From Chloroflexota bacterium (GTDB lineage: Bacteria > Chloroflexota > Dehalococcoidia > GIF9 > JBFMDU01), in assembly GCA_040753815.1 (NCBI GenBank), contig JBFMDU010000021.1, positions 5,011 through 69,010 on the forward strand: 64,000 nucleotides of DNA, read 5' to 3'. Positions 34,323 through 44,176 of the stretch are shown here, in pieces. Under the pieces are notes generated by a model. The model searched no databases and was not told the DNA's origin. It saw only the letters and a list, made by a program, of their open reading frames with translations. Every line of letters starts with the position of its first letter. The first letter of the stretch is position 1. Made by a program: the position numbers and the translations under genes.

Positions 34323-34676
34323 ATGCCAAGAGCAACCAGCGGGCCGACAACTCATCGGCGCCATAAGAAAGTTTTACAACTCACTAAGGGACATAAGGCA
34401 ACGTCACATATCCAGTACCGCCGTGCTCACCAGTCCATGCTGCATGCTCTTCAGTACGCTACTGAGCATCGGCGTGAGCGTAAGGGCGATATGAGGCGGC
34501 TCTGGATTACCCGCATCAATGCCGGGGTCCGGGTAGCCGGGCTCACCTATAGCCAGTTTGTAAAGAGTCTGGCATCAGCCAACATAATTATCAATCGCAA
34601 GATGCTGGCGGAGATGGCGGTCAAGGACCCGGCGAGCTTTAGCCAGCTTGTAGTCGCGGTGACTGCCAAGAGTTAA
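34323..34676 (+). CDS. rplT: 50S ribosomal protein L20
   Basis: MPRATSGPTTHRRHKKVLQLTKGH...RRLWITRINAGVR. Confidence 0.9.
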   Translation: MPRATSGPTTHRRHKKVLQLTKGHKATSHIQYRRAHQSMLHALQYATEHRRERKGDMRRLWITRINAGVRVAGLTYSQFVKSLASANIIINRKMLAEMAVKDPASFSQLVVAVTAKS

Positions 34677-34754
34677 TCCCGACCGGCGGTCTGAGCTTAG
34701 ACTTAACGACCGGGTCTTCTGAAGAGGCAGTGCCGCTTCGAAGCCCCGGTTTTT

Positions 34755-35816
34755 GTGTATTCAGGAATGAGTATGGCCCAGACATCTAATCTGGACGAAC
34801 TTCATAAACAAGCCCTGGCCGACCTTGCCCAGGCCGGTGATGCCGCCGCGCTTGAAGCATGGCGTGTCCGGTATCTGGGTAAGAAAAGCCTTCTCAATCA
34901 GGCCTTGCGCGCCCTCGGCGAATTACCGTCCGAGGAGCGCCGCACCGCCGGGGCTAAAGCCAACCAGCTTAAAATCTCCCTGGAAAGCGGCTTCGCCGAG
35001 AGGAAGCAGGCAGTGGAGACCGTAGTCCTGACGGTGGCCGCCGGCAAATCGGCGCTTGACGTCAGTCTTCCCGGCGAGCCAGCTTTGCTTGGCCGTCTTC
35101 ACCCGATTACCCGGGTCGTGCGCGAAATCTGCGGCATCTTTACCAATATGGGATTCGAGATTGCCGAAGGCCCGGACGTCGAGACCGATTACTGCAACTT
35201 CGAAGCGCTTAATATTCCTGCCGACCATCCCGCCCGTGATTCCTTTTCCACCTTCTGGATGGAGTGTCCGCCGGGTTCGGCTGAACCGCTACTGCTCAGG
35301 ACGCATACCTCACCCGTCCAGATACGGGTGATGGAGAAGCGCCAGCCACCCATCCGCATCATCGCCCCCGGGCGAGTCTATCGGTATGAGGCGACCGATG
35401 CCACCCACGAGTCCATGTTCTACCAGATTGAGGGTCTGGCAGTTGACCGCGGCATCACCATGGCCGACCTCAAGGGCACACTTGCCCAGTTCGCACGGCT
35501 TTTCTTCGGTCCAGAGCGGAAAACGCGCTTCCGCTGTGATTACTTTCCATTCGTTGAGCCGGGTATGGAATGCGCCATCGACTGCTTTGCCTGCGGCGGC
35601 AAGGGGTGCCGGATGTGCGGCAACAGTGGCTGGCTTGAAATCCTGGGGGCGGGTATGGTGCATCCCGAGGTACTGCGGCGCGTCGGCATTGACCCGGACG
35701 TTTACACTGGCTTTGCTTTCGGCATGGGGGTTGAGCGCATGCCCATCCTCAAGTATGGTATCGATGACATCCGGCTTTTCTACAGCAATGACCTCAGGTT
35801 CCTGAGACAGTTTTAG
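34755..35816 (+). CDS. pheS: Phenylalanine--tRNA ligase alpha subunit
   Basis: Class II motifs ([29 protein letters not shown]). The start is uncertain: GTG 34755, or ATG 34767/34773 after AGGA. Confidence 0.9.
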   Translation: MYSGMSMAQTSNLDELHKQALADLAQAGDAAALEAWRVRYLGKKSLLNQALRALGELPSEERRTAGAKANQLKISLESGFAERKQAVETVVLTVAAGKSALDVSLPGEPALLGRLHPITRVVREICGIFTNMGFEIAEGPDVETDYCNFEALNIPADHPARDSFSTFWMECPPGSAEPLLLRTHTSPVQIRVMEKRQPPIRIIAPGRVYRYEATDATHESMFYQIEGLAVDRGITMADLKGTLAQFARLFFGPERKTRFRCDYFPFVEPGMECAIDCFACGGKGCRMCGNSGWLEILGAGMVHPEVLRRVGIDPDVYTGFAFGMGVERMPILKYGIDDIRLFYSNDLRFLRQF

Positions 35817-35824
35817 GCAGGACG

Positions 35825-38230
35825 ATGAAAATTAGCCTTAAATGGCTCCGCGATTACGTTGACCCGGGCCTCCCTCCGGAGGAGATAGCCGCCCGGCTAA
35901 CCATGGCTGGGCTAGAGGTCAAGGCTGTTCATAAGTCCGGCAGCGATTGGCAGAACGTCGTTGTTGCCCTGGTTACTGAAGTCAAGCAGCATCCGAACGC
36001 CGACCGGCTCAAGCTGGCTACGGTTGACCTTGGCGGGCGGAGTGTAACCGTGGTCTGCGGTGCTCCTAATGTTCAGGCTGGCCAGAAGGTGCCCTTCGCT
36101 TCGGTCGGCGCCTGGCTCAAGGATGGCCACACCGGCCAGCCCACTCAGCTTAAGCCAGCCAAGATACGCGGTGTCGTCTCCGAAGGCATGATTTGTGCTG
36201 AAAAGGAGCTTGGCATCTCTGAGGACTACAGCGGCATCATGGTTCTGCCGCCAGATGCTCCCATCGGAATGCCGTTGTCTGATTACCTCGGTGATGTCGT
36301 TCTTGACGTTGAAGTTACACCCAACCGGCCTGACTGTATGTCGGTCATGGGTATCGCGCACGAGGTCGCGGCGTTGACCGGCCGGGCGATGAAGTCTCCC
36401 GACCTGGACTATGAGGAAGGCGGCAAGCCGGTGGCTTCGTTGGCCTCGGTGGAGATAGCCGATCCCGACCTCTGCCCGCGTTACTGCGCCAGTGTTATCT
36501 CCGACGTTAAGGTGGTTCCGTCGCCGCCCTGGCTCCAGCAGAGGCTGACAGCCTGCGGGATGCGGCCAATCAACAACATTGTGGACGCCACCAACTACGT
36601 CATGCTGGAGTATGGCCAGCCCCTGCATGCCTTTGACTACGAGAGGTTGACCGAACATAAGATAATCGTACGGCGGGCGCGTGACGGCGAGGTTATCACT
36701 TCCCTTGATGGCTCGGAGCGTAAGCTCGGCGAGGGTATGCTTATTATTGCTGATGCCCGGCGGGCGGTGGCTGTAGCCGGTGTCATGGGCGGGCTTGACA
36801 GTGAGATATCGGAGGTTACCACTACTATCCTGCTCGAGTCGGCCAGCTTCAGTCCTGTCAGCATCCGCCGCACAAGCGCAGGGCTAAAACTACGTACCGA
36901 GGCATCGATACGCTTCGAACGCGGTCTGAGCCGCGAGCTTACTATGCCGGCCCTCCGTCGGGTCACTCGGTTGATACTGCAGTTGGCAGGAGGGACTGCC
37001 GCCAGCGGTGTTATTGATGTATATCCGGGCAAGCTCGGGGATAAGTGGATACGGTTGAGTGCAACGCGGGTGCACGGTCTTCTCGGAATGGAGCCTGGCA
37101 TTGAGTTGGTTGAGCGGATGCTGGGCCTGCTCGGCTTTACATGCCGCAAGACCGGTTCGCCTGACGAACTTGAAGTGATGGTGCCATACTGGCGGAGCGA
37201 TATTCAGGGAGTAGCTGACCTTGCTGAAGAGGTCGCCCGCATCATCGGCTACGATAAAATACCGGTGACGCAGTTAAGCGCCGCCCTGCCGGTCCATGAG
37301 CCAGCCCCGCGGTTGGCCTTCCGTGAGACCCTGCGCGATACAATGGTTGGTTGCGGATTCCAGGAGGTGCTCACCTATTCACTTACCAGCGAGGCGCTGA
37401 CCTGCAAGCTGACTCCGACCTGTCAGATCTACGGTCCTGAGCCGATGAAAGTGGCCAACCCGTTGAGTCAGGAGCAGAGTTCGCTCAGGACGACCCTGCG
37501 CGCTAACCTGCTGGCCTGCCTGGCGCACAATCAGAAGCACGAAGGGGGCGGTATCAGATTGTTTGAAATCGGCAAGGTCTTTCTTCCGCAGGAGAAAGGC
37601 CAGCCCAGAGAAATCGAGATGCTCTGCGCCGTTCTCGGTGGGTTAAAACAGCCGGTATCATGGCGTGGCCAGGGTAAAACTATCGATTTCTATGATGCTA
37701 AGGGGGTAATTGAAGCGGTCTCGGAACGTCTCGGCGTTGCCGTCGAGTTTGCTCCGGTGGTTGACGAGACCTTCCATACGGGCCGGGTGGCCGGGATTAT
37801 TGCCGACGGCGCACCCATCGGAGTTCTTGGCGAAGTGCACCCGAAAGTGGCGGAAGGCTTTGAGTTAGGCCGGACGACCTATTTGATTGAGCTTGACATC
37901 GAGGCGCTGTTGCCGCTAGCTTCGGCTGACCGCCGGTACCAGCTTTTGCCTCGCTTCCCCAGCGTCATTCGCGATATCGCAGTTGTTCTGGACAGGTCGG
38001 TTAAATGGGAGCAGGTCGAGCGGCTCGTTCACGGCTTACCGCTGGTGGCCTCATGCCAGCTTTTCGACCTCTACGAGGGTAAGCCGGTGCCCGAGGGCAA
38101 GAAATCGCTGGCCTTCCGCATGGTCTATCAGTCTCCCGACCGTACCCTAACCGACGAGGAAGCTGACAAGGTCCACCAACAGATAATCGACAAACTGGGG
38201 CAAGAGTTAGGGGCAGTTCTACGCGGATAG
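35825..38230 (+). CDS. pheT: Phenylalanine--tRNA ligase beta subunit
   Basis: MKISLKWLRDYV N-terminus, tRNA-binding, B3/4, B5 and FDX-ACB-like regions; 801 aa. Located directly after pheS. Confidence 0.9.
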   Translation: MKISLKWLRDYVDPGLPPEEIAARLTMAGLEVKAVHKSGSDWQNVVVALVTEVKQHPNADRLKLATVDLGGRSVTVVCGAPNVQAGQKVPFASVGAWLKDGHTGQPTQLKPAKIRGVVSEGMICAEKELGISEDYSGIMVLPPDAPIGMPLSDYLGDVVLDVEVTPNRPDCMSVMGIAHEVAALTGRAMKSPDLDYEEGGKPVASLASVEIADPDLCPRYCASVISDVKVVPSPPWLQQRLTACGMRPINNIVDATNYVMLEYGQPLHAFDYERLTEHKIIVRRARDGEVITSLDGSERKLGEGMLIIADARRAVAVAGVMGGLDSEISEVTTTILLESASFSPVSIRRTSAGLKLRTEASIRFERGLSRELTMPALRRVTRLILQLAGGTAASGVIDVYPGKLGDKWIRLSATRVHGLLGMEPGIELVERMLGLLGFTCRKTGSPDELEVMVPYWRSDIQGVADLAEEVARIIGYDKIPVTQLSAALPVHEPAPRLAFRETLRDTMVGCGFQEVLTYSLTSEALTCKLTPTCQIYGPEPMKVANPLSQEQSSLRTTLRANLLACLAHNQKHEGGGIRLFEIGKVFLPQEKGQPREIEMLCAVLGGLKQPVSWRGQGKTIDFYDAKGVIEAVSERLGVAVEFAPVVDETFHTGRVAGIIADGAPIGVLGEVHPKVAEGFELGRTTYLIELDIEALLPLASADRRYQLLPRFPSVIRDIAVVLDRSVKWEQVERLVHGLPLVASCQLFDLYEGKPVPEGKKSLAFRMVYQSPDRTLTDEEADKVHQQIIDKLGQELGAVLRG

Positions 38231-38247
38231 CGTCCTTAACCCCGCTA

Positions 38248-38380
38248 CCAGATTCCTCAGTCGCTTACGCTCCTTCGGAATGACATAGGAAAGAGCCGCT
38301 TCTTCGGAATGGTATGATAAGCTGCTTCCTCGGAATGACACGTTTAACGCATGTCATCTCGAGCGGAGCGAGAGATCTGG
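38248..38380. repeat. Cluster of four copies (both orientations) of the dispersed ~35-nt TGTCATTCCGA[AG]GAAGCGGAGCGA..GAGGAATCTGG element
   Basis: Inverted copies lie at 38248-38285, ~38295-38312 (16-nt exact match to 3609-3624 on the opposite strand) and 38321-38340. A forward copy lies at 38352-38380. The same family occurs at 3606-3699. Confidence 0.6.
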
Positions 38381-38401
38381 TGGGGTAGGGCAAAGCCGCC
38401 A

Positions 38402-40105
38402 CTACCTTCTTGACTGTAAGGCCTTCACCACTTCCTCAACGACCCCGTTTAACGGCACCAGCCGTGACTGTTTCTCTGACCGCCATTTCAGCTCTACTCC
38501 CTGTTTCTCCAGCGTCCGGGGGCTAATGGTTAATCTCAACGGCAGGCCGATGAGGTCGGCATCGTTGAACTTGACCCCGGGGGCGGCGTCGCGGTCGTCG
38601 TAAAGGACCTCGATGTTGCGGTCCCACAATTCCTGGTAAAATGGCTCTGCTGTCTCGGCCACCTTATTTTTATCCGGATACAGTGTGCACAGATGGACAT
38701 GATAGGGAGCGATGGAGACCGGCCAGATGATGCCTTTGTCATCGTGCTGTTGTTCAACCACAGCGGCCAGGAGACGGCCGATGCCGATGCCGTAACATCC
38801 CATAACCATCGGTCGGGAGGCGCCGTCCCTGTCAAGAAAGTAAGCGCCGAACTTCTCGCTGAGGAATATCCCCAGCTTGAAGATATGGCCGGCCTCGATA
38901 CCTCTCAGAGACTTTAACGACGCACCGCACTTTACGCAGGCATCGCCGGCCCGGGCCAAGGCGATGTCCGCCATCAGGTCTACTTTGAAGTCGCGCGGGT
39001 AATTGACGTTCTTGAGATGGGTATGCGGCTTATTGGCACCGGCAATGAAGTTCGTACCCAGCATGATAGAGTCGTCGGCGACAACCTTAATACTCTTGAC
39101 ACCTACCGGCGAGGCGAAGCCGGCAACGATTCCGGCGGCCGAGACCTCAGCTTCGGTAGCCAGCCTGAGGTCAGCCGCCTTGAGCAGGTTTTTGAGCTTG
39201 ACTTCGTTGACGGGCAGGTCGCCCCTGATGACGACAAAGATGAATTCACCGTCGGCTATGTAGAAGACGGCTTTGATAGTCTGGCCCGGCGGTACCCCGA
39301 CGAACGCTGCTACCTCTTCGATGCTCTTCATGCCCGGCGTGGCGATTTCCTCGACGGATTTCTGGGGATCAGTCTTCGCTTTTGTCTTGGCTGACTTGGC
39401 CTTTTCGATATTAGAAGCGGAACCGCACTTCTCACAGCATATGATTTCGTCCTCGCCGGTCTCGGCGATAATCATGAATTCGTGGGATGTCTTGCCGCCG
39501 ATAGCGCCGCTGTCGGCCTCGACCATCATGGCTTCAATGCCGCAGCGCCGGTAGATATTCTGATAGGCATTGACCATTTTATCGTAGCTGACATCCAGCC
39601 CAGCCTCGTCGGCATCGAAGCTATACAGGTCTTTCATTATGAATTCCCGCACCCGCAGGAGGCCGCCGCGCGGTCTTGGCTCGTCGCGGAACTTCACCTG
39701 TATCTGGTAGGGGAGGACCGGCAGGTCGCGGTAGCTCTGGACGCTCCGTCGCACCGTATCGGTGATAACTTCCTCGTGGGTGGGGCCGAGGACAAGGTCG
39801 TGCTCTTTACGGTCCTTGAGAGTGAAGAGGATTTTGCCGAAGGCGTCAAAGCGCCCAGATTGTTGCCACAACTCGAGCGGCTGGAGTGCCGGAAGCTGTA
39901 GCTCCTGCCCGCCGACGCGGTCCATCTCCTCGCGGACAATCCGGGCAATTCTGGTAAGCGTCCTCCAGCCGAGCGGCAGATAGGAATAGACACCGGTGGC
40001 TAACTGCTGGATAAAGCCGGCCCGCACCAGAAGCTGGTGGCTGATGCTGTCTGCTTCTGCCGGGACCTCTCTGAGAGTTTTACCGAGGAGCTTTGAAAAA
40101 TACAT
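38402..40105 (-). CDS. proS: Proline--tRNA ligase (bacterial type with INS editing domain)
   Basis: MYFSKLLGKTLREVPAEADSISHQLLVRAGFI... 567 aa with class II motifs. Confidence 0.9.
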   Translation of the reverse strand: MYFSKLLGKTLREVPAEADSISHQLLVRAGFIQQLATGVYSYLPLGWRTLTRIARIVREEMDRVGGQELQLPALQPLELWQQSGRFDAFGKILFTLKDRKEHDLVLGPTHEEVITDTVRRSVQSYRDLPVLPYQIQVKFRDEPRPRGGLLRVREFIMKDLYSFDADEAGLDVSYDKMVNAYQNIYRRCGIEAMMVEADSGAIGGKTSHEFMIIAETGEDEIICCEKCGSASNIEKAKSAKTKAKTDPQKSVEEIATPGMKSIEEVAAFVGVPPGQTIKAVFYIADGEFIFVVIRGDLPVNEVKLKNLLKAADLRLATEAEVSAAGIVAGFASPVGVKSIKVVADDSIMLGTNFIAGANKPHTHLKNVNYPRDFKVDLMADIALARAGDACVKCGASLKSLRGIEAGHIFKLGIFLSEKFGAYFLDRDGASRPMVMGCYGIGIGRLLAAVVEQQHDDKGIIWPVSIAPYHVHLCTLYPDKNKVAETAEPFYQELWDRNIEVLYDDRDAAPGVKFNDADLIGLPLRLTISPRTLEKQGVELKWRSEKQSRLVPLNGVVEEVVKALQSRR

Positions 40106-40190
40106 AAGGGCCGTCCGTTGCTGTTTTTCAGTCAGCGGAGTATATCACAGGAAGGTACTCGAAAAAACGGGAGAGCTACCGTAGAAAACA

Positions 40191-41255
40191 TCAATGGCCG
40201 CTGGAGCCTGCTTCTTTATCTATGGCCTGGAAGAGAGCGGAAAGCGCGTCTTTCTCGTCGACGGTAGCAACGACTTTGCCTCTCCGGAAGATGGCACAGC
40301 GCCCTTTACCGCAGGCGATGCCGACATCGGCGTCCCGGGCCTCGCCGGGACCGTTGACGACACAGCCCATCACAGCCACTTTAATTGGTTTGTTTATTCG
40401 TGTCAATACCTTATCTACGGCCCGGGCCATAGCGGTAACATCGGCCTCGGTGCGGCCGCAGGTGGGGCAACTGACCAGCGTCGGGCCGTGCTCTCGCAGT
40501 CCCAGGCTCTTAAGGATTTCGAAGCCGACTTCGACCTCTTCCACCGGCGGGCCGGTTAGTGAAACGCGGATAGTATCGCCGATGCCTTGATAGAGGAGTA
40601 TCGCCAGTCCAACGGCGCTCCGAACCGTGCCAGCTCGCGGCAGACCGCTTTCGGTGATGCCGAGATGCAGTGGGTAGGGTACTTGCTTCGCCATCATCTG
40701 ATAGGCTTTAATTGTGGTCTCGACATCAAAGGCTTTTAGCGAGAGCTTGACCAGGTCAAACCCCATATCTTCTAGGAGCCAGACCTGCTCCATGGCCAGG
40801 TCTACCATACGCCGGGCTATCCCCAGCCGCGGCTTGTAGTCCGTCGGGACGCTCCCGGCATTGACGCCGATGCGGATAGGTACCCGTCTCTCCTTTGCCG
40901 CTCTAACAACGGCTTCGACGTGCTCGCGCTGGCGGATATTCCCCGGGTTGAGGCGCAGGCCGTGGACGCCGGCCCTGAGCGCCGCCAGCGCCAGACGGTA
41001 ATCGAAGTGGATATCGGCGATGACCGGAATCCGGGCTGACTTAACAATGTGGCCGAGCGCGCTTGATGCCTCCGTGTCGGGTACGGCCACCCGTACAATT
41101 TCACAGCCGGCGGACTCGAGCTCGTGTATCTGCCGGACGGTCGCCCGTATGTCACGGGTGTCGGTCTTGGTCATGGACTGGACGCTGATGGGAGCGCCAC
41201 CGCCTACAGCTACACTGCCGACCATAATTTGTTTAGAAATGCGACGTTTAATCAC
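40191..41255 (-). CDS. ispG: 4-hydroxy-3-methylbut-2-en-1-yl diphosphate synthase (flavodoxin)
   Basis: VGGGAPISVQSMTKTDTRD, VRVAVPD and CPTCGR...MGCVVNGPGE. Confidence 0.9.
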   Translation of the reverse strand: MIKRRISKQIMVGSVAVGGGAPISVQSMTKTDTRDIRATVRQIHELESAGCEIVRVAVPDTEASSALGHIVKSARIPVIADIHFDYRLALAALRAGVHGLRLNPGNIRQREHVEAVVRAAKERRVPIRIGVNAGSVPTDYKPRLGIARRMVDLAMEQVWLLEDMGFDLVKLSLKAFDVETTIKAYQMMAKQVPYPLHLGITESGLPRAGTVRSAVGLAILLYQGIGDTIRVSLTGPPVEEVEVGFEILKSLGLREHGPTLVSCPTCGRTEADVTAMARAVDKVLTRINKPIKVAVMGCVVNGPGEARDADVGIACGKGRCAIFRRGKVVATVDEKDALSALFQAIDKEAGSSGH

Positions 41256-42310
41256 GGCAGAAGGCTACCTCCCTGTATGACGCGCATGATATCGAAGTAG
41301 CTGACGATGGTGATAAGAATGATGAGCGTCACGAAGCCGATGAAATGGATAAGCCCTTCCCTTTGTGGTGAAACGCGTTTGCCGCGCCTCAGCCATTCCA
41401 GAACCACAAAAATAAGACGGCCGCCGTCCAACCCCGGGATGGGGAAGAGGTTAAGGATGCCCAGGTTGATGCTTATCAGGGCGGTGAACTCAAACAGGGG
41501 GCTGATGCCGGCCTGGGCGACCTCGCCGGTCATCTGGACGATGCCAATGGGGCCGGTCACTTGGGGTGTACTGCCACCGGTAATCCACAGGAAGACTTCA
41601 TTGCGAAACAGCACCAGCATTTCCCAGGCGCGAATTGCACCATTCGGGATAGCTTCCCAGAACGGCTGGGACTCAGTAACGCGCTGGGTATTCTGCGGCT
41701 GGATGACGATGCCGGCGGCGCCCTGTCCCGCCGGCGGCTTCCAGCGGGGAGTCACGGTAACGAGCTTTTCCATGCCATCGGTGGCCTTGAGCACCACGCT
41801 TACCGGGTGGCCGAGGTTAAGACGTATCTGGTAGCTGACATCGAGCCGGCTGGTGACGGCACGTCCGTCAATCCGGACGAGCTGGTCGCCGGGGACGATG
41901 CCAGCCGACTGCGCCGGCGAGCCGGGCGCGACTTCTTTGATGAAGATGTCCTCCCTGATGGTGTCATGGGGAATCATCAGGGCGGTGGCGAACAGCAGGA
42001 TGGGTATCAGCAGGTTCATCAGCGAGCCGGCACTGAGCACCAAGAAGCGGATGCCCCGGTTTTTAGCGGCTAGGCTCCGCGGGTTGCCCGGGTCTTCCTC
42101 GCCAAGCAGTTTCACAAAGGCCCCGAATGGCAGCCAGTTCAGTGAATATATAGTCTCGCCGCGCTTGAAGCCGTATATCCTTGGGGGAAAGCCGAGACCG
42201 AACTCTTCTACCTTGACGCCGCAGGCCTTGGCGGTGATAAAGTGGCCGAGCTCGTGGGCGATAATCAGCGCCACCAGAATAAGCACAAAGGCGACGATGG
42301 TCAGAATCAC
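41252..42310 (-). CDS. rseP: RIP site-2 metalloprotease RseP
   Basis: HELGHFITAK (HExxH), a PDZ region and a C-terminal NLFPIPGLDGG. I placed the start at GTG 42310, overlapping the dxr stop (GTGA). The ORF-track start at 42355 would overlap dxr by 49 nt. Confidence 0.85.
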   Translation of the reverse strand: MILTIVAFVLILVALIIAHELGHFITAKACGVKVEEFGLGFPPRIYGFKRGETIYSLNWLPFGAFVKLLGEEDPGNPRSLAAKNRGIRFLVLSAGSLMNLLIPILLFATALMIPHDTIREDIFIKEVAPGSPAQSAGIVPGDQLVRIDGRAVTSRLDVSYQIRLNLGHPVSVVLKATDGMEKLVTVTPRWKPPAGQGAAGIVIQPQNTQRVTESQPFWEAIPNGAIRAWEMLVLFRNEVFLWITGGSTPQVTGPIGIVQMTGEVAQAGISPLFEFTALISINLGILNLFPIPGLDGGRLIFVVLEWLRRGKRVSPQREGLIHFIGFVTLIILITIVSYFDIMRVIQGGSLLP

Positions 42311-43431
42311 CGGCAGGCCTCCTTCGCGGTCTGGGCGGCAACCTGCCGCGCCCATTCGTCAGTAGCCATGATTTCATCCAGGTCCGGGTTCGCAATGCCC
42401 TCATGCTGTTCCAGGACGTTGTATACGATAGCCGGGATATCGGTGAAGCCAATGCGCCCTTTAAGGAACCAGTCAACCGCCACTTCATCGGCGGCGCAAA
42501 GTACGGTGGGATGGGTGCCGCCAGCCCGGGCCGCGCCAAGCGCCAGTTTGAGGCAGGGGAACCGGTCGAGGTCGGGAGTTTCGAATGTTAATGAGCCGGT
42601 CCTGGTCAGGTCAAGCCCGGGTAAAGCGGTGTTAGTTAGCCGCTTGGGATAGGTTAAGGCATACTGTATCGGCAGACGCATATCCGGCACGGCCATCTGA
42701 GCCTTGACCGAGCCGTCGGCAAACTCGATTAGAGCATGAATAATGCTTTGCGGGTGTATTACCACCCCGATGCTCTCTACTGGTATCTCGAAAAGCCAGT
42801 GCGCCTCGATGACCTCAAGACCCTTGTTCATCAGCGTCGCCGAGTCGATGGTGACCTTCCTGCCCATCTTCCAGGTCGGGTGTTTGAGCGCCTGCTGAGG
42901 CGTGACCGTGGCCAGACGGGAGGTAGGATAGCGATAAAAGGGTCCTCCGGAGGCGGTGAGAGTCAGCCGTTTTGCCTTGTTCTTCTCGCCGGTGAGGCAT
43001 TGCCACACGGCGGAATGCTCACTGTCAACCGGCCTGATTGAGGCGCGGTGTTGTTTTGCCTCAGCCATGACCAGTTCACCGGCCATGACCAGCGCTTCCT
43101 TATTGGCTAGAGCCACAGTCTTGCCGGCCCTGAGTGCCGCCAGGGTCGGGGCCAAACCGGCTTTCCCGGCGGTGGCGACCATAACCAGGTCGGCGCGGGT
43201 ATCGGCCGCCATCTCTTCCAGGGGGACCATCCGTGTGCCCTGTGGCAGTTCGATTCTGGAGAGAGAACTGACTAGCCTCGGCTTGAACTCGACTATCTGT
43301 CTGGTCAGCAATCTCTGGTTGTTGCCCGCCGCCAGTCCAAGGACGTTGAATCTGTCCGGAAAGGCCCGGACGACGTCCAGTGTCTGCCGGCCGATGGAGC
43401 CGGTCGAGCCGAGTATCACCAGATTTTTCAT
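42307..43431 (-). CDS. dxr: 1-deoxy-D-xylulose 5-phosphate reductoisomerase
   Basis: MKNLVILGSTGSIGRQTLDV at ATG 43431, plus ...NKGLEVIEAHWLF. The ORF-track start at 43545 adds 38 non-homologous residues. Confidence 0.9.
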   Translation of the reverse strand: MKNLVILGSTGSIGRQTLDVVRAFPDRFNVLGLAAGNNQRLLTRQIVEFKPRLVSSLSRIELPQGTRMVPLEEMAADTRADLVMVATAGKAGLAPTLAALRAGKTVALANKEALVMAGELVMAEAKQHRASIRPVDSEHSAVWQCLTGEKNKAKRLTLTASGGPFYRYPTSRLATVTPQQALKHPTWKMGRKVTIDSATLMNKGLEVIEAHWLFEIPVESIGVVIHPQSIIHALIEFADGSVKAQMAVPDMRLPIQYALTYPKRLTNTALPGLDLTRTGSLTFETPDLDRFPCLKLALGAARAGGTHPTVLCAADEVAVDWFLKGRIGFTDIPAIVYNVLEQHEGIANPDLDEIMATDEWARQVAAQTAKEACR

Positions 43432-43598
43432 GAAAGCCTTACCAAAACAATTACCGTGGAAATGGTCTTTATGATACACCAAGATAGTAAGCGCCCGATA
43501 ATCGGGCGCGGTCGCGCTATGTATGCTCTGAAAAGTGACTTCCATTAGTTCGTTCCAGGTGAAAGAGTAACCGAAACGTTACCTGAACGGCGCAAATT

Positions 43599-44081
43599 GT
43601 GAGGTCGCCGCGACTTCTATTTGGTAGTCTAAAATTTAGACCTGTTATGGGTAGGAAAGAAGTGTCTGAGCGAACATTGAGTCATGGGGGCAGCGACCAG
43701 CCGCTGACGGTACTTATCGTGGATGGTAGTGCGTCAGAACGGCGTATGCTGTCTTATGTGGTCCGAGCACAGGGCTGGCGTGTGGTGGAAACAGCTTACG
43801 GGCAAGCGGCTGTCGATATGGTAAGGAGCCAGTCTCCTGGACTTGTTCTCCTTGAGGCAGCTCTCCCGGACATGGACGGGCTTGGCGTCTGCCGCTGTAT
43901 CCGCGAGTTCTCTGTTGTCCCTATTATCATGGTGACATCCCGGCGCGCTGAGAGTGATAAGGTGACGGGACTCGCCTGCGGTGCCGATGACTATGTGGTC
44001 AAGCCGTACTCGCCCAGTGAGCTTGCCGCCAGGATGCGGGCAGTAGTGAAGCGGTCAGGGGGCATGTGTGGCAAACAATAG
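43599..44081 (+). CDS. Single-domain response regulator (receiver only)
   Basis: VLIVDGS...LLEAALPDMDG...GADDYVVKPYSPSELAARMRAVVKR, with no output domain. The start may be ATG 43647. Confidence 0.75.
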   Translation: MRSPRLLFGSLKFRPVMGRKEVSERTLSHGGSDQPLTVLIVDGSASERRMLSYVVRAQGWRVVETAYGQAAVDMVRSQSPGLVLLEAALPDMDGLGVCRCIREFSVVPIIMVTSRRAESDKVTGLACGADDYVVKPYSPSELAARMRAVVKRSGGMCGKQ

Positions 44082-44176
44082 CCGCGCCACTATTTACATT
44101 GTTTACTGAGGGGGTATGATTGAAGTAGTCCGGAGTCCATGGGAGAGGCCGCCTCACTGCGGCCGGGGAGGATGCT

